NCBI GenBank assembly: GCA_964613815.1
Contig: CAZTKG010000003.1
Span: 54,903 to 118,902, forward strand
Source of the DNA: an uncultured Gammaproteobacteria bacterium
Lineage (GTDB): Bacteria; Patescibacteriota; Patescibacteriia; UBA9934
DNA: 64,000 nucleotides
Direction: 5' to 3'
Position 1 is the stretch's first letter; every line of letters starts with the position of its first letter. The notes beneath the pieces are model-generated. The model was not told the origin of the DNA. It saw only the letters and a program-made list of their open reading frames with translations, and did not search any database. Of this stretch, positions 47,230 to 57,070 are shown in pieces. A program made the position numbers and the translations under genes.

Positions 47230-47569
47230 GCCCGTTCTTTTGTGGCGACTTAACCTCGCTTACTGCAAGACTCCTGACAAGGTCCGTTAACTCTCTATTT
47301 TGCCGCTCCAACCTCATGAGAACGCGATACATTGCGTAATAAAGGATGATGATTGAGATGTAGACGATGAGGTCAGCGCCCCTTTCGACCCCAACCCAGT
47401 CAGCGACAATGTCTGTTGTTTGAGGAGAGATCGCGACCGCGCAAACGCCAATCCAAAAAAGTGCCCATACGGTGAACCAGTACACTGACACTTTCTGCGC
47501 CTGATATTGACGAAGGGTACGGGCAATTGCGATAACGGCAAATGTCGTTAAGATGCCTTGGAATAGCAT
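47213..47569 (-). CDS. DUF2304-like small membrane protein (GT2 partner)
   Basis: 118 aa with 3 TMs and a C-terminal coiled coil. It lies immediately downstream of the Dpm1-like GT2, which is the typical DUF2304 context. Confidence 0.45.
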   Translation of the reverse strand: MLFQGILTTFAVIAIARTLRQYQAQKVSVYWFTVWALFWIGVCAVAISPQTTDIVADWVGVERGADLIVYISIIILYYAMYRVLMRLERQNRELTDLVRSLAVSEVKSPQKNGHGKDA

Positions 47570-47572
47570 ATA

Positions 47573-48247
47573 TTAGCCAAAAAACTTTCCCTTAAAGAAA
47601 TCTTTTACCACGATTATTGCGCCAAGGGAAGACTGGCCTTTGTTAAGCACCTCTTCTGAGTAGGTGATTGATACGGGGCGCTCGACAAATTTGATGCCGT
47701 TTGTTTTGATGAGGTCCAGGATTTCTGATGCATGAGCCATGCGATCGAGCGTGATGTTGATGGATTCCGCTGCTTTTTTTGATAGTGCACGAAAGCCATT
47801 GTGTGTGTCGGAAGTGCGTATCCCAGAAACGAGCATCGTGAAGCCTATTCCGCCTTTTAAGGTGATTTTTCTGGTGAGCGGCATCCCCGTTGCGACTCCC
47901 AGGAATCTTGAACCTAGAACAACGTCTGCGCACCCTGATTTGATGGGCTCCAGCAGTGCCGGTATGTCGGATGCCTGCATTTGACCATCTGCATCGAAAT
48001 GAATGATCGCTTCTGGACGCAGCTTCGATAAGGCGAAGGATGTTCCTGTTTGGATCGCTGCTCCCTGTCCTCTGTTTATGCGGTGTGTGAGTACGTGAAT
48101 CCCTGTGCGTGCTGCCACCTCTGCTGTACGGTCGCGAGATCCATCGTCCACCACAACAACGTCATCGACAAAATCACGGACGTCTTGAATTGCCCGTGAT
48201 ATTCGTGAATGCTCGTTGTATGCGGGTATAACCGCGACCGTCTTCAT
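47573..48247 (-). CDS. polyprenol-phosphate glycosyltransferase (Dpm1/GtrB-like GT2)
   Basis: AVIPAYNE, VVVVDDGSRD and HFDADGQ. About 224 aa, a soluble GT2 of the Dpm1 type. Confidence 0.8.
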   Translation of the reverse strand: MKTVAVIPAYNEHSRISRAIQDVRDFVDDVVVVDDGSRDRTAEVAARTGIHVLTHRINRGQGAAIQTGTSFALSKLRPEAIIHFDADGQMQASDIPALLEPIKSGCADVVLGSRFLGVATGMPLTRKITLKGGIGFTMLVSGIRTSDTHNGFRALSKKAAESINITLDRMAHASEILDLIKTNGIKFVERPVSITYSEEVLNKGQSSLGAIIVVKDFFKGKFFG

Positions 48248-48251
48248 ATTG

Positions 48252-49274
48252 TTATTCCTCCTTTTCTCCGGTTAGGAGGATCTTGTTTGCTCGAATGTAG
48301 TCGATGGTTTTCTGCAGACCGTCTTCTAGGCGTACAAGCGGTGTCCATCCGAGCTGTTCTTTTATTTTTGTGATGTCTGGCAATCCCAGCTGCGTGAGAA
48401 ACATGAGCGTGTCTTCGTATTTTATTTTTGAGGATGAGCTTGTGAGTTTAATGATCTGCTCAGCAACGCTTGAAACCTTCACGTCTACGTCACTCCCTAT
48501 ATTGACCGGACCGATGCCTTTTGGTGCCCTGATAATGCGGATAAGTGCATCTACTACATCTGTTACGTACACCATGGATGTTTGAAATGTTTCATCGCCA
48601 TTGATGACCAAATCCTCTCCATTGAGCGCATTTAGGACAAAATCTGGCACTTGGTGACCATCGAATAGCGGCATCCTTGGTCCGTAGGTACGGAAGACTC
48701 TGGCTATCTTCGCATCTACTCCGTAGACCTGTTCGTATGTGTAGAACATGGTTTCTGCGAATCGCTTTCCTTCGTCGTAGCACGCTCTTGGTGTGAGATG
48801 ATTCACGATTCCGAGATCATCTTCTTTGAACATGATTCGCTCCTTTGTGCGCCCTCCGTAGACAACCGATGTTGATGCGAGGATGATCTTCGCTTGGTAT
48901 TTTACGGCAATATCAAGAATGTTTCGCGTTCCTACAGAGTTTGAAAGAAGCGTCTGCGCTCTATGTTCGTTGAATTTTTTGATCGATGTTGGCGTCGCGA
49001 GATGGTAAATTTCACTAATCCCTTGAAATTTTATCTTGAATGGCCTCAACTCCTCGAATGACTCAATGTCGAACGGTGTGTTAATGTCGAGCCTTAGGAA
49101 CTGAAAGTTTGGATTTCGGAGATAGGGGTCGATGTTTCTGACGTGGCTCGTGGAAAAATTATCGATACACACCACTCGCTTCCCCTCCTTGAGGAGCTCG
49201 CCGCAGAGGAATGAACCTATGAACCCTGACCCTCCAGTTACAAGGGCGACCGGGATTTCTTCTGGGTTTGACAT
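48252..49274 (-). CDS. NAD-dependent SDR, UDP-glucuronate decarboxylase (UXS)-like
   Basis: VTGGSGFIGSFL and the CYDEGKR motif characteristic of UXS/ArnA-decarboxylase-type enzymes. Confidence 0.7.
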   Translation of the reverse strand: MSNPEEIPVALVTGGSGFIGSFLCGELLKEGKRVVCIDNFSTSHVRNIDPYLRNPNFQFLRLDINTPFDIESFEELRPFKIKFQGISEIYHLATPTSIKKFNEHRAQTLLSNSVGTRNILDIAVKYQAKIILASTSVVYGGRTKERIMFKEDDLGIVNHLTPRACYDEGKRFAETMFYTYEQVYGVDAKIARVFRTYGPRMPLFDGHQVPDFVLNALNGEDLVINGDETFQTSMVYVTDVVDALIRIIRAPKGIGPVNIGSDVDVKVSSVAEQIIKLTSSSSKIKYEDTLMFLTQLGLPDITKIKEQLGWTPLVRLEDGLQKTIDYIRANKILLTGEKEE

Positions 49275-49282
49275 AATGATTG

Positions 49283-50824
49283 TTAACTTGCTAATTCGGC
49301 AAGCTCTTGCCGTGTTTTCATGATAGACTGATTCACCTCTTCCACTTCTTCGATATCGTCTCCTTGCCCGAACTTACTGAAGAATGTTGGTTCAATGTCG
49401 ATGACGTAGTCTGCCCAATCCTCTCCAAACATCCCTATCGCGATCTCCTCTGACGTAATTGCCCTGAGATTTGGCGCGTATTCGTCATCTGAGTGAGAGA
49501 GCGAATAGACCGTTGGATCTGATTGGATTTTTACAAGGACGATTTCTGCTTGCGGAAGAACGAGGCCTGAGAGCGCGTAGTTGCTGAGCTCACTATCTTC
49601 TATTTGCGTAATTTCGTCGAATGAATCCTCGTATGTGAAGTATGCGTTTGCGTTTATGAATGCTCTGCGTCCGCCGTCCTCCGTGAGCACATACACGGTT
49701 GAGAATGACGGACTCGTGAAGGGATCTCCTGGCTCAAGCGTATCTGGATCCTCTGTATCCGAGTAATTTACTGCTATCTCTAATGCGCTTGCGATGTTTA
49801 GCCGTCCTGATCCAACCTTGTTTTTGAATGGTCCGTACATTGGGTCCACGGAAAGCTTGAGGATTGTTCTTATTTGCGTCGGTGACAGGCTTGGGTACTG
49901 CGACAATAGGATTGCTGCCGCCCCTGATACAACCGGTGTCGCCATGGATGTACCTGACCAATGATCTTCGTATACCTCTGTGTAACCACGCGCCTCGTTT
50001 TCGTATCTTGTGGAGAAGATGTCCTCTCCTGGCGCACTGATGTCGGCGCAATTTGAGCCGTAATTTGAGAATGATGAACGGTTGTCGTCGTCGTTTGAAC
50101 TTGCGACGCCGATAATCCAGTCTGCATGCGGAGCCCTATAGCACACTGGGAATAGCGGGTTATCTTCTGTATTCTGACTTTCGTTTCCCATCGCGGCAAC
50201 GATGACAAGATCTGCTTCGTATGCGCGTTTTATTGCTGATCGGAGAATAGGATCTGACTGTTGCCCGGAAAAGCTGAGATTGATGACATCTGCTCCGTTT
50301 GCAATCGCGTAGTCAATTGCCGCGGATGCCTGCGTACTTGTTCCAGCTCCAACCTCGTCAAGCATTCGGATCGGCATGATACTCACCTCCCAGGCGACGC
50401 CTGTGATGCCCTCGTCATTGTTTCCAACTGCGCCGATAATGCCAGCGATTACCGTTCCGTGGGACATCGCCTCTTCGGATGCGGCCCCGTCGATGTCTGG
50501 TGATGGGTCCGCATCTGCGTCAATAAAGTCCCATCCGTTTACATCGTCCTCGAACCCGTTCCCGTCATCGTCGATGCCGTTTCCCTCGATTTCTCCAAAG
50601 TTGACCCACATGTTGCCTGCAAGATCTGGATGGTCGATATCTACTCCGGCGTCGATGACTGCTACAATAATTTCTCTTGAGCCCGTTTCTTCATCCCAAG
50701 CTGACGGCGCCTCTGTCTGTTCGAGGTGCCAGAGCTCTTCGTAGTGTGTGTCATTCGGTGTTTGCGCGAGTGCTGGCGACGCCAGTAATGATAGCGTTAG
50801 CGCCCCTATGAGGTATTTCTGCAT
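49283..50824 (-). CDS. secreted subtilisin-like serine protease (peptidase S8)
   Basis: Signal peptide MQKYLIGALTLSLLASPALA. Catalytic triad contexts VIDAGVDIDHPD, HGTVIAG and GTSMATPVVSGAAAIL. Confidence 0.85.
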   Translation of the reverse strand: MQKYLIGALTLSLLASPALAQTPNDTHYEELWHLEQTEAPSAWDEETGSREIIVAVIDAGVDIDHPDLAGNMWVNFGEIEGNGIDDDGNGFEDDVNGWDFIDADADPSPDIDGAASEEAMSHGTVIAGIIGAVGNNDEGITGVAWEVSIMPIRMLDEVGAGTSTQASAAIDYAIANGADVINLSFSGQQSDPILRSAIKRAYEADLVIVAAMGNESQNTEDNPLFPVCYRAPHADWIIGVASSNDDDNRSSFSNYGSNCADISAPGEDIFSTRYENEARGYTEVYEDHWSGTSMATPVVSGAAAILLSQYPSLSPTQIRTILKLSVDPMYGPFKNKVGSGRLNIASALEIAVNYSDTEDPDTLEPGDPFTSPSFSTVYVLTEDGGRRAFINANAYFTYEDSFDEITQIEDSELSNYALSGLVLPQAEIVLVKIQSDPTVYSLSHSDDEYAPNLRAITSEEIAIGMFGEDWADYVIDIEPTFFSKFGQGDDIEEVEEVNQSIMKTRQELAELAS

Positions 50825-50852
50825 AATGCCCTTATTTTAGCACAAAGGCGCC

Positions 50853-51572
50853 CTAGCTACAGGCGTCTTTTGCTTTTTCTATGTCTTTTTGGAGACTTTC
50901 CTGCCCTGGCTCGTCCACGATATCTTCTGCGACTTCGTAATGATCCATTGCTCGGTCACAGTCTCCTTGCTCAAGGTAGAATTTCGCGAAAGCGATCATC
51001 GACCATGGTGTTTGGCCAATGTCGGCCACCGCCTCTTTGAATGCACGCTCTATTTCTTCCACATTTTCTGGGGTGAACTTTTGGAGCGCTGTAATGTAAT
51101 CGCGATAGTATTCTTCGCTCGATCGAATGCTAATGGCCTGTGTGTAGGCCTCTATTGCCCCTTGCCCATCCCCCATTCTGGATAGCGTATTCCCCATATT
51201 GTTCCATGTGACGTAGTTTAGAGGATTTCTCTCGAGAAGAGCCGCGTACGCGTCTCGAGCCCCTCTGAGGTCACCCATCATATATGCTGACTCTGCTGCA
51301 ATGACATATAGATCAAAATCAGGGTCTTGGTCTTCAGCGATGTGCGCAGCGACTCCGCTGCGAGCCAATGCCGAGCGTTGCAAGAGCAATGTCCTTACTG
51401 CTTCTTCGATATTGAGATTTTCTATTGTGTAGATGAGGTGGCTATCTGTACTGACTGGTATTGCAAGCTTTCTTGACGCCTGGCGAGGGAAGAGCAAATG
51501 AATCGCGACGGCAATAACGACGATTCCGATAACGAAATATACTGCTCTTGATCGGTCTTCGATGGATTCCAT
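50853..51572 (-). CDS. membrane-anchored TPR-repeat protein
   Basis: N-terminal TM followed by TPR-like repeats (AYAALLERNPLNYVTWNNMGNTL...). Confidence 0.6.
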   Translation of the reverse strand: MESIEDRSRAVYFVIGIVVIAVAIHLLFPRQASRKLAIPVSTDSHLIYTIENLNIEEAVRTLLLQRSALARSGVAAHIAEDQDPDFDLYVIAAESAYMMGDLRGARDAYAALLERNPLNYVTWNNMGNTLSRMGDGQGAIEAYTQAISIRSSEEYYRDYITALQKFTPENVEEIERAFKEAVADIGQTPWSMIAFAKFYLEQGDCDRAMDHYEVAEDIVDEPGQESLQKDIEKAKDACS

Positions 51573-51624
51573 AGTGGAGTTACTTTAGCGGAATGTACGC
51601 ATTATGGCAATGTTTTTCCATGAC

Positions 51625-51650
51625 AAAAACAGCCCCGAAGGGCTGTTTTT
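51625..51650 (-). terminator. rho-independent terminator after the giant surface-protein gene
   Basis: aaaaa-CAGCCC-cgaa-GGGCTG-ttttt, 21 nt beyond the stop at 51671. Confidence 0.65.
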
Positions 51651-51670
51651 GATTTGACCTGAGGTCACTA

Positions 51671-54600
51671 CTAGAACTGTAGTGATCCACCTGTTACAGG
51701 TAGGTCGTCGACGAGATACGCACCCCATCGTTCCTGTGCTGCAGTTGAAACGGTTGTTGAACCGTCGTCCTGCCATACAAAGGCACTTGGAAGTCGATCT
51801 AGGTCGTCTGATGCAACACCGGTCGCGTCAGTCGCTGAGTTGAGGTATCCACGGACAACTGTAAGTGTTGTTCCATCAGGTACCGCTGCAACGAGCATGC
51901 GCTCTTCTCCTGTGTCACAGTCCCCCCCGTTGTCACTGTCGAGACAGATGATGTCTCCAGCTGTGTATCCAGACGAATCTGTCACAGTAAGAGTTGTATC
52001 AGTCGTGTCACTAAGTGTTTCGTTGAGGGTTGAAGATCCGATGTAGGTTGTTACAAGTGGATCTCCGCTGAGCTCGAGCTGCATGGAGTCATCGTTTGTT
52101 GATGAAGCCCCTGTTGAGTCGAGGTACACAGCATAGGTGTAAGTTTCACCAGCTGGGATGGTCTCAGCAGTGCTGAGGGCCAAAGCGATGAATCCTACGT
52201 CTTCTGATGAACAGCTGTTCGCACTTGTGTCGAGCAATGTCCAGTCAGAGTCTGAGTCAAGAGCTGTTGACGTTCCTTCCTTAGACAAGTTGTAGATGTC
52301 CATGTCAGAAGTTTCAAGCTCTCCAGAAGCACACTGGTTCCAGTCTCCTGAACCGTTGTCGGTTGCAGAGAACTTCCATACCAACTCTTCGAGCACTACA
52401 TCTTCACCTGAAGAAGCAGCAACGTTGAATCGGAATACTTCCTGGTCGCTAGGAACCTTACCAGTTCCTGAAGGACTGTCGTCAGACAATGTAACGGTTG
52501 GCTGAGTTTCACGGATAACGAATGTGTTGATTCCGTCTGTGCCTGATGCGTCGTCTCCGACAGCACTTACGTCATCGTCATCATTTGTTACACCAGATCC
52601 AACACCAGCTGCCTTGAAGTTGTCGTCGTTTGTTGCGTCAACGAAGAATCCCATTCGGATCTTTTCGTTTGATGTAGCTGAACCTTCAGAGTTTCGATCT
52701 GTTGAAGGAACGTCTACGTATACGCTGACGTGAGCCTCATCCTCTTCTGTTACGTAGAGGTTGATACCTGAGAACTTCGCCTCATTACCGTTCATTGACG
52801 TTGTGTCGGTCGTGGTTGTTCCGTCCTCGAGTGGGTACTCAAGCGTTACGAGAGAGATGTTGTTCGCGTATGCAGAACTGTCTGAAGACGCTGCATCATC
52901 CTCCGCCTGCTCTTCTGAGAAGGTGATGGTGGTGATTTCGAAGTCTTCGTTTGTTGCATCGATCTCGTAGGTTGCAACCAAGTTGTTCGTGCTTCCTGTC
53001 ATGATGAAGTCAGCACTTGGTGTGTCTGCTCCCTTTGCCACGCTCAAGCTTCCAGCGGTGTTGATCGTAACAACATCTGTTGGAGATGTAGCGCCGTTCG
53101 GGTCGTCAGTCGTTGGGTCAACATCGGTTCCGTCTTGGTCTTCAGCAACGATGTCTTCTGACATGTCGTTGATGTCGAATGCGACGTATCCAGCTGATCC
53201 TCCTGGGTTTCCGAAGTTACACTCAACTGCAAGGATTTCGCTATCTCCAGCTTCGATAAGCCAGCTCACGTCGTCAAACAAGATTGTTTGACCGTTTGAA
53301 GCAGGGCTATCTGGGCCGTCGAGCAAGTCTCCAGCAGCGTCATAGATAGAACATGACTCAACGTAGTCGTTTACGTCGACACCTGTTACATCACCAAGAG
53401 TGAATGTTCCAGTTCCATCAGCATCAGCGTACACAGAAAGTGTAATGCTTGAGATGGTTGTGTCTCCAGCGTCACCAGCATTTACTGAGTAGTTTGCGAC
53501 ACCAACGTCGTCCATACCCATAACCGTTGTAACATCTCCCGGTGTTGATCCAAGAGCGATCACAAGGCTAGCTGATTTTGCTGACTGATCTTTACCAACA
53601 ATGTCTCCACTTGGAACGATTGAAGCGGTAGAAATCGTGTCTCCGTTTGAGTCCTGTGCTGAGAATTCTGAGATGTCGAGAACAGCAGATACTTCTGTTC
53701 CAGAAGTCATGTTGTTGTCGATGTCTGCAGTCACTGCAAGGTTCAATGTTTCTCCGGCGGCCATTGTGAAGTCGTCAGAGAAGGTGAGAGACTGGAATCC
53801 GTCGTTTCCGGTTGTTGATGGGTCGACAGGTCCCATGATGGTCGCTCCTGTGTCGGCGTTAATGATCTTGATGTCACTAACGTTCGCTTCTGCTGTTGAC
53901 TGGTTGTTGACCAATCCGTCGTCGTCAGCAGTTGAGTCATCATCTGATGTACCGCTGTCGTACGCGTCGTTGTCGCCGTCGTCATCAGCAGCAATGATGA
54001 AGTCCATGTCCTTAACGGTGATTGCTTGCGCAGCCGTTAGGGTGTACTCGAAGAGTACGTTGTCCTGGCTGTTTGTGGTGATGTCACCAGCTCCAGGTCC
54101 AGTCCATGCCATGGTGATTTCTCCGCCTTCGATGGTACTGAATGAACAGTTACCCGTTGAAGCGGTACATGATGCACCATCGTATGTTCCAGATGTTGCG
54201 ATGTCGACAGTCATTCCGAATCCAAAGTCTCCACCAACAGCGAGCACGTCGGCCGCGTTGTCAACGTAAACCTTGATGTTGTCGGTTGCATCTCCGCCAA
54301 TGTCTGCTGACACGGTGAAGACGTTACTGTTTCCATCTGAGATTGAGAATGCTTCGCTAAGGTTGAACTTCACGAGCTTGTCGCCTAGGTATTCACCTGA
54401 TCCAAGCATGTCTGATCCATCCCAGAGCTGGTAGTCTGAGTGGTCGTCTGCGCTGTCAATCTTAAGCGTAATCTCTTCGATCTCTGCAGCCTCGTTGTCT
54501 GCTGCAATCTTGAACTGTCCGATTGTTTCGTCGTTACCACCAAGTGTTGGATCGCTAACGGTTCCACTCTTGGTGATTGTGACTGTTCCAGCAGATGAAG

Positions 54601-55780
54601 AAGCGATTGAGAACGTGTTTCCGCTTACAGGGAAGCTTCCGCTTACGTCTCCACCGTCTGCATCTACGTCGTCAGCTGAAGAGATTTCGAAAGCGATCTC
54701 GTCTCCAGAAGAAGCACTAGATGAAACTTCGATTCGCGCCGTGAGCGTTCGTGCCTCACCTGCGTCGAGTGAAAGTCCAAGGTTTGAGAATGTTACCTGA
54801 CGAGTTGATGCGTTTACTGAACGCGCGTCTGTAAGACGTGTTGATCCCTCGTATAGGTAAGCGTTTGAAATGTTTGTTGTTGCTGCGACACTAGACAATG
54901 TTAGGACCACATCGTCGAATGTTGCTGCGTCGTCACCAGCCGCTACGTCGAAGCTGAAGACTTCAACAGAGTTTGCTCCTGTTGGAAGCGTTGCTCCTGA
55001 AGGAGTTGATGAAGAAGTTGAAAGAGTCACTCCACCAGCATCTGAGCTAGTGTCTGTGTCTGTATCTGCTGTTCCGCCCTGCTGAGCTGCGTCAGTCAAA
55101 GCTGAAACTTCTCCGTCGATGTCGTCTCCAGCAGATAGACTGCTGTCGTCGATACTGTCACCTGAGAGGAATGATGAATCCCAAAGTCGGTTTGCATCTC
55201 GTCCATCTTCGGTGAGCATGCGCTTTTCTCCGTCCCAAGCAATGTAGTAGTCACTTCCGTCCATGTATGTCATTCCATCGAATGCAGACGCGGTTGTTAG
55301 TGATGATCCTACAGAGTAGTCAACGAAGAACACGTCAGGAACATCGTCAATCGTTGATGCCCATGAGTCGCCAGCGAGTCCGCTAGCTACGTCTTCTGTT
55401 TCAACCCAGTGGATTGTTCCATCGGTTGCCACAGCGTACGTTTTTGCGTCGCTCTGGATCTTGATCCATCGGACACCTGGTCGGTAGACCACGTTTCCAG
55501 CCAATGAGATGTCTGCAAGATCGCTATCTGAGATCTCGTTTACATCGTCAAAGTCTGCATACCAAGTTTTGTATGTCTTTTCGTTAGAGAACGTGTAGCG
55601 TGATCCGTCGTAACCGTAGTAGTAGAGCGTTGAAAGAGATTCACCCTTGATGAGTGACCCCATGTCAGCAGCGCTTGCTGAAGGAACAGCAAAAGCGGCA
55701 ATACCGACTGCCCATAGAACAGTTGCGGCGGCAATTGTAATCGCTAACGCACGTTTTCCGATTGTTAACACATTTTCCAT
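51671..55780 (-). CDS. giant secreted Ser/Thr/Asp/Gly-rich cell-surface protein (S-layer/adhesin-like)
   Basis: The ORF is open to 55801. I prefer the start at MENVLTIGKRALAITIAAATVLWAVGIAAFAVPSASA, a signal peptide. The remaining roughly 1350 aa are Thr/Ser/Asp/Gly-rich with many degenerate repeats. Confidence 0.7.
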   Translation of the reverse strand: MENVLTIGKRALAITIAAATVLWAVGIAAFAVPSASAADMGSLIKGESLSTLYYYGYDGSRYTFSNEKTYKTWYADFDDVNEISDSDLADISLAGNVVYRPGVRWIKIQSDAKTYAVATDGTIHWVETEDVASGLAGDSWASTIDDVPDVFFVDYSVGSSLTTASAFDGMTYMDGSDYYIAWDGEKRMLTEDGRDANRLWDSSFLSGDSIDDSSLSAGDDIDGEVSALTDAAQQGGTADTDTDTSSDAGGVTLSTSSSTPSGATLPTGANSVEVFSFDVAAGDDAATFDDVVLTLSSVAATTNISNAYLYEGSTRLTDARSVNASTRQVTFSNLGLSLDAGEARTLTARIEVSSSASSGDEIAFEISSADDVDADGGDVSGSFPVSGNTFSIASSSAGTVTITKSGTVSDPTLGGNDETIGQFKIAADNEAAEIEEITLKIDSADDHSDYQLWDGSDMLGSGEYLGDKLVKFNLSEAFSISDGNSNVFTVSADIGGDATDNIKVYVDNAADVLAVGGDFGFGMTVDIATSGTYDGASCTASTGNCSFSTIEGGEITMAWTGPGAGDITTNSQDNVLFEYTLTAAQAITVKDMDFIIAADDDGDNDAYDSGTSDDDSTADDDGLVNNQSTAEANVSDIKIINADTGATIMGPVDPSTTGNDGFQSLTFSDDFTMAAGETLNLAVTADIDNNMTSGTEVSAVLDISEFSAQDSNGDTISTASIVPSGDIVGKDQSAKSASLVIALGSTPGDVTTVMGMDDVGVANYSVNAGDAGDTTISSITLSVYADADGTGTFTLGDVTGVDVNDYVESCSIYDAAGDLLDGPDSPASNGQTILFDDVSWLIEAGDSEILAVECNFGNPGGSAGYVAFDINDMSEDIVAEDQDGTDVDPTTDDPNGATSPTDVVTINTAGSLSVAKGADTPSADFIMTGSTNNLVATYEIDATNEDFEITTITFSEEQAEDDAASSDSSAYANNISLVTLEYPLEDGTTTTDTTSMNGNEAKFSGINLYVTEEDEAHVSVYVDVPSTDRNSEGSATSNEKIRMGFFVDATNDDNFKAAGVGSGVTNDDDDVSAVGDDASGTDGINTFVIRETQPTVTLSDDSPSGTGKVPSDQEVFRFNVAASSGEDVVLEELVWKFSATDNGSGDWNQCASGELETSDMDIYNLSKEGTSTALDSDSDWTLLDTSANSCSSEDVGFIALALSTAETIPAGETYTYAVYLDSTGASSTNDDSMQLELSGDPLVTTYIGSSTLNETLSDTTDTTLTVTDSSGYTAGDIICLDSDNGGDCDTGEERMLVAAVPDGTTLTVVRGYLNSATDATGVASDDLDRLPSAFVWQDDGSTTVSTAAQERWGAYLVDDLPVTGGSLQF

Positions 55781-55939
55781 AAATCTGTAATGCCTTTCCA
55801 TTTAAGAGTAGAGGGTTGAGCGGCCACTGCGGCCTCGACCTTTAAGCTTTCACCCTAATTTTAACTGACAACCTAACGTGAGAATGCGACGCACTCTCAT
55901 GGCAAGGGCCTGCAGCCCCTGCACATGAATTTGCGTCTT

Positions 55940-57070
55940 TTATTTGATGACTTCCGTGATCTCCTCGATTCCCTCTGTATTGATAGACACTTCGCCCTCC
56001 TGTTGTTCGGACACCGCCTGCTCCTCTGACATGCTTTGCGCGGTCATGATGCCGATTTCTATTTCTGCAAGCTCTGCCTCTATCGCGAGAATGTCCTGCG
56101 TTGTTGCCTCTAGAATGTCGAATGCTGCGCGGAACCCTCCTGCTGCCATGAAGCTCATGGCCTGGGAGACGTCCTCTGTTGACTTGGCGAGCTGGAAATT
56201 GAGAGCTGCTGTATCTGCCCCTGCGAGGAACGTGTCTGTGATGAGATCTGGATTTACGTCGAAGAAGTTCTGAATGACGACGAGCCTGCCGTAGTCAAAT
56301 GTTTGCCGGGACTGGATTGCTACGTAGTCTTCTTTGAACTTTTTGCTGAGATCTGCGCTTGTGACGACCTCTTCTGACTGCTCATGCGTTTCGACAAGGA
56401 CATCTGTGACGGTTTCTGATACGGCCCTCGATGCGTCCTCTGCTTGTTTTACTGATTCCGTGAGTACCGCCTCTGGATCGTTTTCTGCCTCCGTATTTAA
56501 TGCAATTGTGAGTGTGTCGATTTTTTCGTCTATTTCTTGCGCCACCTTCGCTGCTTCGCTACCTCCCTCGACCTGCAGAAGCTTGAGCTGACCGTCTGCG
56601 AGCTGGAGCTCTTTCTTGAGGGCCGTCATGGTGCTTTCGATGTGCTCACCTCTTGATGCGCCCTTTAGGGCAACGACCTCTTGAAGTCTTCGTTCTGCGT
56701 ACTGTGTGTGGAGGACCGCCCTGCTTTCGTATGACGCAAACTGGAGACGCGCTTGCTCGGTTGCTAGCTTGAGACTGTAGAGCGTGTCGCCTGGGAGTGC
56801 CGCGTGTGCGCCCTGGAAGGTCCCGATACCTCCGATGAGGAGGACGCCGATCATTGCTGCTGAAATTGCCGGCTGACGAAGTGCTGCTTGGAGTGTCCAG
56901 ATCGCTCTTGTGAACGCCGTCTCTTGTAGAGGTAATGACGCTGGCTCTTTTTGATCACTTCCGATCGCTGCCATGATTTGAGCGCGTTTTTGCTTTTTGA
57001 TCTCAAAATTTGATGCGCCGAGTCGCTCATCGTTTCTTTGATTCTTCAATTGTTCGAAGATGTCGTTCAT
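55940..57070 (-). CDS. putative anti-sigma factor, single-TM (DUF5667-like)
   Basis: Overlaps the ECF sigma stop by 4 nt. One TM (AISAAMIGVLLIGGIGTF), then an extracytoplasmic Ala/Glu-rich domain. Confidence 0.5.
   Translation of the reverse strand: MNDIFEQLKNQRNDERLGASNFEIKKQKRAQIMAAIGSDQKEPASLPLQETAFTRAIWTLQAALRQPAISAAMIGVLLIGGIGTFQGAHAALPGDTLYSLKLATEQARLQFASYESRAVLHTQYAERRLQEVVALKGASRGEHIESTMTALKKELQLADGQLKLLQVEGGSEAAKVAQEIDEKIDTLTIALNTEAENDPEAVLTESVKQAEDASRAVSETVTDVLVETHEQSEEVVTSADLSKKFKEDYVAIQSRQTFDYGRLVVIQNFFDVNPDLITDTFLAGADTAALNFQLAKSTEDVSQAMSFMAAGGFRAAFDILEATTQDILAIEAELAEIEIGIMTAQSMSEEQAVSEQQEGEVSINTEGIEEITEVIK

Noticed and set aside
51671-51710. C-terminal LPVTGG in the giant surface protein as a sortase LPxTG sorting signal.
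   Set aside because: Only four residues (SLQF) follow the motif. A functional sorting signal needs a hydrophobic segment and a charged tail after LPxTG. No sortase gene is in the window.
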